Counted from the stretch's first letter, positions 21,936 through 31,473 are shown. The stretch: DNA of 64,000 nucleotides from an uncultured Alphaproteobacteria bacterium (GCA_943787175.1 CALSLK010000015.1:76788-140787), one strand, 5' to 3'. Numbers and translations are program-made. The notes: a model not told the origin generated them from the letters alone.

Positions 21936-22825
21936 GCAGTTTTGTCAGCGGGCCGGTTGATCAGAACCTCGGTCATGGCTGCACTGACGACAAGGACTGA
22001 GCCAATACCCTCGGTCCATCCGAATGGCTCTGCTGTCAGGATTGCTGCGCTGGTGATGCCAAAGATCGCTTCGGTCTGGAACAGGATTCCGACACGCCCG
22101 GGGTCGACCAGCTTGGTGCCATAGAGCTGCATACACATGGCCGGTATCAGGAACCCAATGGCTATCAGCAGGAGCCAGGGCGCGAGGTCGATAATTTGAT
22201 CCATCGAGGGCGGTTTGCCCATCGCTTCGATTGGAAGCAGTGCCAGGGCAAGTGAGGTGATCGCGCCGAAGGCAAAAAACGAAAACACGTTCTCGAACAG
22301 GCTGGCCTCTCCGGCCATGCGCACCCAGGTTGATCCGTAGGCCCAAAACATGCCTGAAGCGAGCGCCATCCAGTCACCGGCATTGCGCGGGATGGGCAGC
22401 GAACCGTCGCCGCCCAGGATGACATAGAGCCCCGCAAACCCCAGCGTGATCGCGATGATGCGCGCGGCTGTCACCTTGCGTTTCATCAACCAGACTTCCA
22501 GCATCGTACTCCAGGCCGGCGTGACGTAGAACAAGATGAGCGCACGCGCGACCTCGGTCAGAAGCAGGCTGTCGACATAGAGAGCGAAGGCGCCGCCGGT
22601 AAAGAAGGCCGTCTTCCAGCGCCCCATTCCGGTGGCCTTGCCCCGGACCATGAAGATCAGAGCGAGCGGCAACAAAACCAGTGCCGGTGTCACAAACTGG
22701 CTGAAGCCGGCCCAACCTGCCGAGAGGCCCGCGCCTTCTAGCTCGCGCAGGGGAATCCAGAAGAGCCCCCAGCCGGCTGCCGCGGTCACCAGCATGATGG
22801 ATGGCCAAAGCTGCCTGTCGTTCAT
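21932..22825 (-). CDS. DMT superfamily (EamA-like) transporter
   Basis: 297 aa, 10 TM, two EamA halves. Confidence 0.8.
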   Translation of the reverse strand: MNDRQLWPSIMLVTAAAGWGLFWIPLRELEGAGLSAGWAGFSQFVTPALVLLPLALIFMVRGKATGMGRWKTAFFTGGAFALYVDSLLLTEVARALILFYVTPAWSTMLEVWLMKRKVTAARIIAITLGFAGLYVILGGDGSLPIPRNAGDWMALASGMFWAYGSTWVRMAGEASLFENVFSFFAFGAITSLALALLPIEAMGKPPSMDQIIDLAPWLLLIAIGFLIPAMCMQLYGTKLVDPGRVGILFQTEAIFGITSAAILTAEPFGWTEGIGSVLVVSAAMTEVLINRPADKTA

Positions 22826-23724
22826 GTCGGAACCGTTTGTTTGGGGGGCCGCGAAGCCAGAATTTCGGTCAGGCCGCCACAGACGATCAGCGCACAGCCT
22901 GTGATTTCACGCCAGCCAAAGGGTTCACCTGCCCACAGTGCCGCGCTGATCGAGCCGAACACGATCTCGGCAAGGATGAGAATGCCAAAGACACCTGCGC
23001 CGATTCGCGTTGGTGACCAGATAAGGAAGGCATTCGTGGGCATCAGGAACAGGACCACCAGCAAGAGCAGAAATGGAAGCATGCTGACCAGGTCGGCGGT
23101 GGCCGGTACAGGGCCCAGTTGCTCCTGTAGAAACCAGGAAAGCAGGACGGCCGTGATGCTGCCATAGAGGTAGAACGCAAAAAGGATCGGGAAAATGCTT
23201 TTGGGTTGCGTCACATTGATGCGCGCTGCGCCAGCAGCGATCATCGCGCCGCCGGCCAATGCGAGCCAGTCACCGGCATTCCGGGGCAGGGGGAAGCCGC
23301 CCCCCTGGCCGAACACGATCCAGACACCGGCAAGAGCCAACCCCAGGGAAAGGTAACGCTGCCGAGGTACGGGCCGTTTCAGGATCAGCCAGTCGATCAG
23401 GGTCGCCCAGACCGGCGTCAGATAGAACAACAACAAAGCGCGCACGACTTCGGTCAGCAGGAAGCTGTTGGCGTAACAGACGATGCCACCGCCTGTCAGG
23501 ACACCCAAAACGCACCACGATGCGCCGGTCTCCTGATCACGGGTTTTCCGCCAGAACGCGATGGGGATCATCAGGACGATGGGAATGATGTACTGCGCCA
23601 GGGTGCCCCATCCGCCCGTCAGGCCGGCGCTTTCTAGCTCGCGTTGGGGTAGCCAGTAGATACCCCAGATGCCCGAAGCTGCTGCAACGCCTATGCAGAT
23701 CGTGATGTGAGAGGGGGCAACCAT
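22822..23724 (-). CDS. DMT superfamily (EamA-like) transporter, paralog of the adjacent gene
   Basis: Aligns with the neighbour from MVAPSHITICIGVAAASGIWGIYWLPQRELE (neighbour: LVTAAAGWGLFWIPLRELE). The upstream 91 codons of the track ORF are judged non-coding. Confidence 0.75.
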   Translation of the reverse strand: MVAPSHITICIGVAAASGIWGIYWLPQRELESAGLTGGWGTLAQYIIPIVLMIPIAFWRKTRDQETGASWCVLGVLTGGGIVCYANSFLLTEVVRALLLFYLTPVWATLIDWLILKRPVPRQRYLSLGLALAGVWIVFGQGGGFPLPRNAGDWLALAGGAMIAAGAARINVTQPKSIFPILFAFYLYGSITAVLLSWFLQEQLGPVPATADLVSMLPFLLLLVVLFLMPTNAFLIWSPTRIGAGVFGILILAEIVFGSISAALWAGEPFGWREITGCALIVCGGLTEILASRPPKQTVPT

Positions 23725-23858
23725 GGGTGTCTTCCAGAAATGGGCCAAAGAGCCGTACCGGAAAACCGGAACCATGATGCCTTTAGCGGGGTGACAGCAA
23801 CCTGCCCTGACTTTAGGCTCCGCCGCAACATATCTGCTGCATTCAGGGAGCACTACCG

Positions 23859-25577
23859 ATGACCCGTTGGGACAAATCCAAGCTGCCAAGCCGCCACACC
23901 ACCGTGGGGCCAACGAGCGCACCGCATCGGGCGTTCTATTACGCCATGGGCATGAGCGATGAGGAGGTTGAGCAGCCGTTTGTCGGTGTTGCGACAACCT
24001 GGAACGAGGCTGCGCCCTGCAACATTACCCTGATGCGCCAGGCCCAGGCCGCCAAGAAGGGTGTCAAGGCAGCAGGCGGAACGCCGCGTGAGTTCACGAC
24101 CATTACCGTAACCGATGGCATCGCCATGGGTCATGCCGGTATGAAGTCATCGCTGGTGAGCCGTGAGGTCATTGCAGACTCGGTCGAGCTCACGATGCGC
24201 GGGCATTGCTATGACGGTCTGGTCGGACTGGCTGGCTGCGACAAGTCGTTGCCGGGTATGATGATGGCCATGGTGCGTCTCAACGTGCCTTCCGTATTCA
24301 TGTATGGCGGCTCGATCATGCCGGGCCGCTACAAGAACCGCGACGTCACCATCGTCGACGTGTTCGAGGGAGTGGGTGCCAATTCCGCAGGAGCCATGTC
24401 CGATGATGAATTGAGCATTCTGGAACATGCAGCCTGTCCGTCGGGTGGGTCCTGTGGTGGCCAGTTCACGGCCAACACCATGGCGACGGTTTCCGAGGCG
24501 ATGGGCCTTGCGCTGCCCAATTCGGCCATGACACCCGCGCCGTTCGAGAGCCGCGATACCTTTGCCGAGGCGTCAGGCCAGGCGGTCATGCGGCTGATCA
24601 AGGACAACCTGCGCCCGCGCGACATCGTCACGCACAAGGCCCTGGAAAATGCCGCAACCGTGGTGGCCGCGAGCGGTGGCTCGACCAATGCAGGCCTTCA
24701 TCTGCCGGCGATTGCCAATGAGATGGGCATCGACTTCACGCTGGAAGATGTCTGTGAAATCTTCCGCAGGACGCCCTATATCGCTGACCTCAAGCCCGGC
24801 GGAAAGTATGTCGCCAAGGATCTCTACGGCGTTGGTGGCGTGCCCGTGCTGATCAAGGCACTGCTCGATGGCGGTTACCTCCACGGTGACTGCATAACCG
24901 TGACGGGCAAGACCCTGGCGGAGAATCACGCTGATGTTGTCTTCCCGGAAGATCAGGATGTCATCTACCGGACCGACAAGCCGCTTTCGACGACAGGTGG
25001 CGTGGTCGGACTGAAAGGCAATCTGGCGCCTGATGGCGGCATCGTGAAGATTGCCGGCATGGAGACCCTTCAGTTCCGTGGCCCCGCCCGTTGCTTTGAT
25101 ACCGAAGAAGAATGCCTGGAAGCCGTTCTGGCCCAGAAGTTCGAAGAGGGCGATGTGCTCATCATTCGCTACGAAGGGCCCATAGGCGGTCCGGGCATGC
25201 GTGAGATGCTGTCGACGACCAGCGCACTGTATGGCCAGGGCATGGGCGAGAAGGTGGCCTTGATCACCGATGGCCGCTTCTCGGGCGGCACGCGTGGCTT
25301 CTGCATTGGCCATGTCGGCCCGGAAGCCGCAGCCGGTGGCCCGATCGGGCTTCTCAAGGATGGCGATATGATCATGATCGATGCCGAAAAGGGCACACTT
25401 GATGTCGAGCTTTCCGACGAGGAGCTCGCTGAACGCAAGGCCGCATGGAAGCCGCGCAAGACCGACTACAATTCAGGAACGATCTGGAAATACGCGCAGA
25501 CCGTTGGTTCTGCGCGGTTTGGCGCTGTGACCCACCCTGGTGGTCATGGAGAAACGCACGTCTTTGCTGATCTCTAA
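23859..25577 (+). CDS. ilvD: dihydroxy-acid dehydratase (IlvD/EDD family)
   Basis: 572 aa; Fe-S cluster cysteines ([20 protein letters not shown]) and C-terminal GAVT motif of the IlvD family. Confidence 0.8.
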   Translation: MTRWDKSKLPSRHTTVGPTSAPHRAFYYAMGMSDEEVEQPFVGVATTWNEAAPCNITLMRQAQAAKKGVKAAGGTPREFTTITVTDGIAMGHAGMKSSLVSREVIADSVELTMRGHCYDGLVGLAGCDKSLPGMMMAMVRLNVPSVFMYGGSIMPGRYKNRDVTIVDVFEGVGANSAGAMSDDELSILEHAACPSGGSCGGQFTANTMATVSEAMGLALPNSAMTPAPFESRDTFAEASGQAVMRLIKDNLRPRDIVTHKALENAATVVAASGGSTNAGLHLPAIANEMGIDFTLEDVCEIFRRTPYIADLKPGGKYVAKDLYGVGGVPVLIKALLDGGYLHGDCITVTGKTLAENHADVVFPEDQDVIYRTDKPLSTTGGVVGLKGNLAPDGGIVKIAGMETLQFRGPARCFDTEEECLEAVLAQKFEEGDVLIIRYEGPIGGPGMREMLSTTSALYGQGMGEKVALITDGRFSGGTRGFCIGHVGPEAAAGGPIGLLKDGDMIMIDAEKGTLDVELSDEELAERKAAWKPRKTDYNSGTIWKYAQTVGSARFGAVTHPGGHGETHVFADL

Positions 25578-25598
25578 GGCGCAGGCAGCATAGGATTG

Positions 25599-25629
25599 CG
25601 GGGTAGGGGGCGTGTTACCCCCGACCCCG
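25599..25629 (+). terminator. imperfect GC-rich hairpin downstream of ilvD
   Basis: cggggtaggggg-cgtgtt-acccccgaccccg (one mismatch) followed by a T-rich stretch. Confidence 0.3.
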
Positions 25630-25726
25630 TGACGGTTGTCATAGTGTTGCCGCTTGTTTGCGTTAACCTGTTTTCCCGTCGAGATTGAGGTCGCCCTTAG
25701 GCTCGCTGTCCACAAGGAGAAGCAGA

Positions 25727-27763
25727 ATGAGAGATAGACTTGGCCTTTCCGCCGTTGCGGTTGCGGGCCTCCTCGCAGCATCGGTTCCCGCCCACGCACA
25801 GACCAGCGGTACTGCGTTTGATGTCGATGGCGATCCGGCTTTGCGCTGTGCCGTGTCACGCGCGGTCGAGCTCTCGAATGTGGAATTGTTGGGCCAGGTC
25901 GTCGAAAGCGTGGGGGTTTCTTCCTCGTTTGATGCCTTGTCGCGCGGCGATGCGGCCTCAGCGAGCCCCGAACATGTCGGCCTGCTGAAATCGCTCGGCC
26001 TGGTTGGTCAGGATGGCTCCAGCCTGACATCGGCGGGCCAGATGCTGGCCGATATCCGTTCAGCAGGTACGCGCGCTGTTTCGACCTCAGCACTGACCCT
26101 GAACGCGCCGCTTCAACATGACATCACCCTTCCTGGGACTCCTGCCAGGTTCTCCCTGTCGACTGGTGCTGGCGGTACCCTGCGCATCGTCGTGTCTCCG
26201 GCAGGCAACGGCAGTGCAGGATGTTCCGGTGACTTCGACCCTGTCGTGCGGGCAACACAGCCCGGTATCGCAGGCATCGAACATGTCGCGCGCGGCGCGG
26301 GCGAGGACCGTCAGGCAACGCTTTACCTCTACGACACCCCCGCTGGCGCCAGCATTGATATCGCCGTCAACGATATCGTTGGCGCGCCCGGCTCGTTCAG
26401 CATTGTTGCTGAGGCCGCCCTCGACGAAGTTCCCCTCCAGGATGGTACCGAACCCTATGTGGTTCTGGGTGACGGTTCGCCGGCCTATCTGCCGGTCGAG
26501 GTGGCGCAAGGCGAAAGTGCCGCTGTTGCGCTCTCGATTTCCTATGATGCGTGGGAACCCTGGTTTGCCGTTACCGGCCTGAGTGGTGCCCAACCCGGCG
26601 TGCGCCTTTACGAGGCCGATGGCTTCGGCGACTACCTGAGTGAACCTGTTTTCCGTTCGTCCTATCTCCCCAATGGAGAGGCGCGCGTCGATATGGCTGA
26701 GCCGCTTTATGGCGGTGAATACCTGATGGTGATCGAGGATCTGCAGCGCAACGCGGGAACGTTCCTGATTGAGTACAGCTCGGATGGATTTGCCTCGCAG
26801 CCGAGAATCTACGGCGACCTCTACCTGAATGAGGAAACGCTGGAGTATCTGGGCACGGATCTGGCCTTCACGGTCGAGGAACTGGGTTGGTACTACTTCT
26901 CCACGACGACCTACGACGATGTCGATCCGATCCTTAGCCTGCTCGATGCCGATGGCTGGTTTCTCTATGAATCGGACGATGATGCATTTTCGCTCAACCC
27001 GCTGATCGTCGCGGAGTTGGCACCTGGCGATTACACCCTGGCGCTGGATGGTTTCGATGGTGCTGTAGGCGAGGTTTATCTCTCGGCCTATCGCATTGAG
27101 CCCATGCATGTGTCGCTCAATACCCTGGGCATGAGCCAGCAGATCTCGGACGATTTCACCCAGGCGCCCGCCAATGTCTACATCATTGACGGAGCCGAAG
27201 GTAAGCTCGTCGACTTCGATGTCGACACATCAGCCAGCGGGTTCGACTCGACCCTCGCGTTTTATGACTCTTGGGACATGACGGTCTGGGTGAGCGATGA
27301 TGACGGCGGCATCGACTATGGCAGCCGGGTCGTAGACACCTTTGAAGGTGAAGGTCTGATCGCTGTTGTTGCCGGCTTTAACGGTGAGCGTGGAGGCCAG
27401 TATGATCTCACCGTGGTCGATCACGCTATCGTAGAAGGTCTGCCGGCCTCCGCCGCGGTTGTTGAGCCCGGAGGACCGCCGGTAACCGGTGATCTGCCTC
27501 TTGACGGCGATATTGCCTGGGTTCGTATGCCCGCTCAGGCCGATGGTTGGTTCGACATCGAGGTGACGTCCAACCTCTATTACTTCCGCGTCGATCTCTA
27601 TCTTTACGAAGAAGGGTTCGGTTACACCTGGTACGACGGCTACGACGGTTACGAGGGAGAAGTTTACCTCTCGACCGATGGCGACGGCGTCAGCGACACC
27701 TTGATCCTTGTGCGCAACACCAGCGGTGAGGGTGGCGGCAACTTCGAGGTAAGTGTCCGTTAG
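25727..27763 (+). CDS. secreted protein composed of tandem PPC (pre-peptidase C-terminal)-like repeats, no catalytic domain evident
   Basis: RBS aaggagaag then MRDRLGLSAVAVAGLLAASVPAHAQ signal peptide. At least four repeats of the PPC-like pattern Y.F....G..........D..L.L.D..G..L.ESDDDG....P.I.....G.Y.L...G (for example DPILSLLDADGWFLYESDDDAFSLNPLIVAELAPGDYTLALDG; FDSTLAFYDSWDMTVWVSDDDGGIDYGSRV); very Asp/Gly/Tyr-rich. Confidence 0.6.
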   Translation: MRDRLGLSAVAVAGLLAASVPAHAQTSGTAFDVDGDPALRCAVSRAVELSNVELLGQVVESVGVSSSFDALSRGDAASASPEHVGLLKSLGLVGQDGSSLTSAGQMLADIRSAGTRAVSTSALTLNAPLQHDITLPGTPARFSLSTGAGGTLRIVVSPAGNGSAGCSGDFDPVVRATQPGIAGIEHVARGAGEDRQATLYLYDTPAGASIDIAVNDIVGAPGSFSIVAEAALDEVPLQDGTEPYVVLGDGSPAYLPVEVAQGESAAVALSISYDAWEPWFAVTGLSGAQPGVRLYEADGFGDYLSEPVFRSSYLPNGEARVDMAEPLYGGEYLMVIEDLQRNAGTFLIEYSSDGFASQPRIYGDLYLNEETLEYLGTDLAFTVEELGWYYFSTTTYDDVDPILSLLDADGWFLYESDDDAFSLNPLIVAELAPGDYTLALDGFDGAVGEVYLSAYRIEPMHVSLNTLGMSQQISDDFTQAPANVYIIDGAEGKLVDFDVDTSASGFDSTLAFYDSWDMTVWVSDDDGGIDYGSRVVDTFEGEGLIAVVAGFNGERGGQYDLTVVDHAIVEGLPASAAVVEPGGPPVTGDLPLDGDIAWVRMPAQADGWFDIEVTSNLYYFRVDLYLYEEGFGYTWYDGYDGYEGEVYLSTDGDGVSDTLILVRNTSGEGGGNFEVSVR

Positions 27764-27847
27764 AGCGACGGCCTCACATTGCACTGGAATGCATCGCCCC
27801 TTGTCCTGATCGAACTTGATCGGGGCAGGGGGCGAACCTTGCGTGGC

Positions 27848-28255
27848 TCAGGTTTTGCTACCGAAACCGGATCGTTGCAGCAGATCATCGTCCGTGACGA
27901 ACCAGGTGACGTTGTCCGTCATCATGGAGTGCACGCTGGGTGGCAGCACTGTGGGATCGTCCAATGTCGCTGTGTAGATGTGAATTTCGCCGGGCCATGG
28001 GTCGCCCGCGTAGGTGAGGGATGTGCCGCATTGGCGACAGAATCCGCGCCGGACACCGGGCGATGATTCATAAATCGCCTGTTCACCTGCCAGCAAAGCA
28101 AAGTTCTCTAAGGCAACACCGACAAAGCCTGAAACCGGTGATCCCGTCGCCCGCTGACAGTCCCTGCAATGACAGATGCTGGAGAACCTGGCCGGCTCAC
28201 CGATCTGATAACGCACGGCCCCGCACAGGCAGCCACCTTCATGGTGACTGGTCAT
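27848..28255 (-). CDS. GFA family protein (glutathione-dependent formaldehyde-activating enzyme/CENP-V-like Zn carbon-sulfur lyase), paralog 1
   Basis: MTSHHEGGCLCGAVRY...ICHCRDCQRATGSP...GFCRQCGTSL: the full GFA cysteine set. Start taken at Met-46 of the track ORF. Confidence 0.8.
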   Translation of the reverse strand: MTSHHEGGCLCGAVRYQIGEPARFSSICHCRDCQRATGSPVSGFVGVALENFALLAGEQAIYESSPGVRRGFCRQCGTSLTYAGDPWPGEIHIYTATLDDPTVLPPSVHSMMTDNVTWFVTDDDLLQRSGFGSKT

Positions 28256-28682
28256 CGCCTTGCCCATGATGGTGTTTGGCGCCGGGGCAGAGATTTTCCG
28301 GATCAATCCATGACGGCAATTCATCGCCGTGGAACACTTCGTTGGGCGGAAAGGCCTCGATGTCATCAAGACTTGATGATGCCACAGCAACCAGTGTGTC
28401 GGTCTGAAAACGCTGATCTGGATAATCCGTGTTCCGGTAGTTGAGCGCTGTGCCGCAACGTCCGCAGAACTGACGGATGACCGTGTCAGAAGATTGGAAG
28501 GTTACAGGTTCGCCTTTGGTAATGGCGTAACCGGAATTGGGTACGGCGATCCAGGGTATAGCCGCTGCGCCGCTTGCGCCGCGACAGGTTGCACAGCAGC
28601 AATAACACTGGATCACGGGCTGGGCCGAAACGCGGTAGCGGACATCGCCGCAAAGGCATCCACCGTCATGGTGTTCTGTCAT
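28239..28682 (-). CDS. GFA family protein, paralog 2
   Basis: MTEHHDGGCLCGDVRY...CYCCCATCRGASG...FCGRCGTAL. Confidence 0.8.
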   Translation of the reverse strand: MTEHHDGGCLCGDVRYRVSAQPVIQCYCCCATCRGASGAAAIPWIAVPNSGYAITKGEPVTFQSSDTVIRQFCGRCGTALNYRNTDYPDQRFQTDTLVAVASSSLDDIEAFPPNEVFHGDELPSWIDPENLCPGAKHHHGQGDDQSP

Positions 28683-29062
28683 GTCGTCGCTCCTGATAGG
28701 CGAAGATGGAGCCAGGCAAGGCGCTCTTCTTCATGGAAGAACCCTGACGGGGCAAAGGGAGTGGAGTCGTCCAGAGTTGGTGACATGACATGCACTTCAT
28801 CGGGCGTGTCATCAGCCTCATAGGTGAGTGCTGTGCCGCAAGTCGCACAAAAACCCCGCCGCACACCTGGAGACGATGCGTAATGGGTCGCGGGATCCCT
28901 GGTCCAGGCGAACGCTCCTGGCTTGAGGTCAACAAAGGCTGCGACCGGCCCGCCGGTCGCCATGCGGCAACTGCGGCAATGACAGTAGTTGGCAACTGCG
29001 CCGACATCATCAATCGCATAGCGGACTGCGCCGCACATGCACCCACCCTCGTGTCGTGCCAT
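28679..29062 (-). CDS. GFA family protein, paralog 3
   Basis: MARHEGGCMCGAVRY...CHCRSCRMATGGP...FCATCGTAL; ATGA-type overlap with paralog 2. Confidence 0.8.
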   Translation of the reverse strand: MARHEGGCMCGAVRYAIDDVGAVANYCHCRSCRMATGGPVAAFVDLKPGAFAWTRDPATHYASSPGVRRGFCATCGTALTYEADDTPDEVHVMSPTLDDSTPFAPSGFFHEEERLAWLHLRLSGATT

Positions 29063-29074
29063 AGCAAACTCCCG

Positions 29075-29872
29075 TTAGTGCTCGCGCAGCAGGCGCCCGT
29101 AGCCTTCTATGCGATCGTCAATGCCGGCAAGGCGCATAACATCCCAGATCATGGCCTGGTTGCTGCACACGGCGGGTTTCCCCGCGCGTTGTTCGATCTC
29201 CTCGATCACATCCAGAGTTCGCAGCGCGCTGCAGGAGATGAAGATGGCGTCAGCGTCGGCACGGTCGAGTTCCAGCGCAAAGTCACGCAGATACTCAGGC
29301 TCAATTCGCGACATGTCCTCGTCCATCTCGACATTGAGGCCCTGGATATCGAGCACCTCGAACCCCTGTTCCACTAGATAATCGGCTTCAATCCGATTGA
29401 TCTCATCGAGATAGGGTGTGCCAACGACAATCTTTCTGGCGCCCAATGCCTTGAGGCCGCGCACGACCCCGGTCACCAACGTGGTTGTGCGGGCCTGGGG
29501 TTGCTGCATCGCCAGTGCTGCGCAGACGTTTTCTTCTCCGATGACAATGCTGCCCGATGTGCAGGAGAGCGTGACAGCATCCAGCGTTCCGTTCGGCACG
29601 ATAAGTGACGCGCTTGTCGAAAGGTGCGGCAGCATGGCGGCAAGTGTTTCGACAGTGACGCTGTTGGCCATCGTGACCCGGCTGAAGTGGACGCCGATGT
29701 CGTCAGGAACAACGCCGCGCACATCGTCTTCGCTGGTCTGGTCCATGGCTAGCAGGACAAACCCGAGTTTGGCACGGTCGTGGCGGCCGCCATCAAAGCG
29801 CACAGCTCGTGGTTTCGATGCAGGCCAGTCACCTTTAGATACCGATGCAGTCGGCATGTGGTCAGAACTCAC
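29075..29872 (-). CDS. Asp/Glu/hydantoin-racemase superfamily protein (maleate cis-trans isomerase / arylmalonate decarboxylase-like), paralog 1
   Basis: 265 aa; two conserved Cys motifs (LSCTSGSIVIG and AIFISCSALRT) at positions expected for the two-base Cys pair of maleate isomerase/racemases. Confidence 0.7.
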   Translation of the reverse strand: MSSDHMPTASVSKGDWPASKPRAVRFDGGRHDRAKLGFVLLAMDQTSEDDVRGVVPDDIGVHFSRVTMANSVTVETLAAMLPHLSTSASLIVPNGTLDAVTLSCTSGSIVIGEENVCAALAMQQPQARTTTLVTGVVRGLKALGARKIVVGTPYLDEINRIEADYLVEQGFEVLDIQGLNVEMDEDMSRIEPEYLRDFALELDRADADAIFISCSALRTLDVIEEIEQRAGKPAVCSNQAMIWDVMRLAGIDDRIEGYGRLLREH

Positions 29873-30647
29873 GGAACAGGCGGCCCAGTCCGCTCAGACG
29901 ATCATCAATTCCCGCCCGGCGCAGGCAATCCCATAACATCGCCTGGTTCGACGTAACGACCGGTTTGCCCGTGCGTTGCTCCAGCGCATCAATGATCTCG
30001 ACGGACCGCAGTGCACCACAGGAGATGAAGATGGCGTCGGCTTCCGGCAGGTCAACTTCGGCGCCGTAGTTCAGGAGATAGTCGGGCGTGACGCGGACCA
30101 TGTCGGCATCATCGGCGATGTTGAGCCCCTGAATGTCGAGGATATCGAAACCCTTGGCAGCCATATAGTCAGCTTCGATAACGTTGACCTCATCCAGATA
30201 GGGTGTGGCCACCACAATACGATTGGCGCCCAACGCTTCGAGAGCTCGCATGACACCGGTGATGAGGGAGGTTGGTTTGGCACCGGGCGCGCCGCGGTTC
30301 AGCTCGGCAAAAACGTTGTCTTCGCCGATCACGACGCTGCCGGAGGTGCAGGCATAACAGGCCACATCGAGAGTCTTGTCTGGCAGGATGCGCCCGGCGG
30401 CGTCACCAATACCCGATTTCATGGCGGTCAAGGTCTCGACGCTGACCCGGTTAGCCATCGGCGCGCGGGCAAAGTGGACACCCACGCCATCGGGCGCATG
30501 GCGCATCATGTCAGCCTCGACGGTCTGCTCCATGGCGAGCAGGACGAAACCGATGGACGCTCTGTGATTGCGCCCTTCGTCAAACTCTGGGGAGCGCTGT
30601 TTTGAGGCAGGCCAGAGCTTGCCTGACCCGGCGTCGTCAGGCGCCAC
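29862..30647 (-). CDS. Asp/Glu/hydantoin-racemase superfamily protein, paralog 2
   Basis: 261 aa; ACYACTSGSVVIG and AIFISCGALRS; aligns full-length with paralogs 1 and 3. Confidence 0.7.
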   Translation of the reverse strand: MAPDDAGSGKLWPASKQRSPEFDEGRNHRASIGFVLLAMEQTVEADMMRHAPDGVGVHFARAPMANRVSVETLTAMKSGIGDAAGRILPDKTLDVACYACTSGSVVIGEDNVFAELNRGAPGAKPTSLITGVMRALEALGANRIVVATPYLDEVNVIEADYMAAKGFDILDIQGLNIADDADMVRVTPDYLLNYGAEVDLPEADAIFISCGALRSVEIIDALEQRTGKPVVTSNQAMLWDCLRRAGIDDRLSGLGRLFREF

Positions 30648-30650
30648 GGC

Positions 30651-31430
30651 TCAGTGCTCCCGGTAAAGGCGACCAAGGCCTTCCATACGATCTTCGATCC
30701 CGGCCAGCCGCATCATGCGCCAGATCAGCGCATGATTGCTGCCGACAACGGGCTTGCCGGTGCGCTGTTCGATCTCTTCGACAACTTCGATCGTGCGAAG
30801 CGCACTGCAGGAAATGAAAATGCCGTCCGCGTCGGGGCGATCGATTTCCAGTGCAAGCTTGATGATGTCTTCAGGTTCAACCATCACCATGTCCTGACCG
30901 CACAGGAGGCAGAGGCCCTGTATGTCGAGCACATCGAAGCCGCGCTCGACCAGGAAATCTGCTTCAAAATGGTTGATCTCATCGATGTAGGGGGTGCCGA
31001 CGACAATCTTCTGCATGCCAAGGACTCGCATGGCTTCCACCACGCAGGTGACCAGAGACGTGGTCTTGGCCTGCGGCTGGGGTTTGGCAAGCGCCTTGGC
31101 AACATTGTCTTCACCAACAACCACACTGCCCGATGTGCAGACATAGGCGATGGCATCCATATCAGGAGGCAGGACACCGGCTGACCGGCTCAGGTCATCT
31201 CCGACAGCCGCCAGGGTCTCTACCGTCACCGAATCATCGAACGGGGTTCGCGTGTAGAAGACGCCAACGTCGTCAGGAACGACACGGCGGATATCGTCAT
31301 CGGCAGTTTCTTCGGTTTCAAGAAGAACGAACCCCAGGCGTCCCCGCGTATGGCGACCTTTGCCAAGATCAATGGAACGTGGCGTGGAATTGGCCCATCG
31401 CTGAGTGGTCTCGGGTACTGCTGCCATCAC
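30651..31430 (-). CDS. Asp/Glu/hydantoin-racemase superfamily protein, paralog 3
   Basis: 259 aa; IAYVCTSGSVVVG and GIFISCSALRT. Confidence 0.7.
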   Translation of the reverse strand: MMAAVPETTQRWANSTPRSIDLGKGRHTRGRLGFVLLETEETADDDIRRVVPDDVGVFYTRTPFDDSVTVETLAAVGDDLSRSAGVLPPDMDAIAYVCTSGSVVVGEDNVAKALAKPQPQAKTTSLVTCVVEAMRVLGMQKIVVGTPYIDEINHFEADFLVERGFDVLDIQGLCLLCGQDMVMVEPEDIIKLALEIDRPDADGIFISCSALRTIEVVEEIEQRTGKPVVGSNHALIWRMMRLAGIEDRMEGLGRLYREH

Positions 31431-31473
31431 AATTTCTCCCCGGTTTGGCGCTGTGCTTAAGGCGCCAGTGTGA

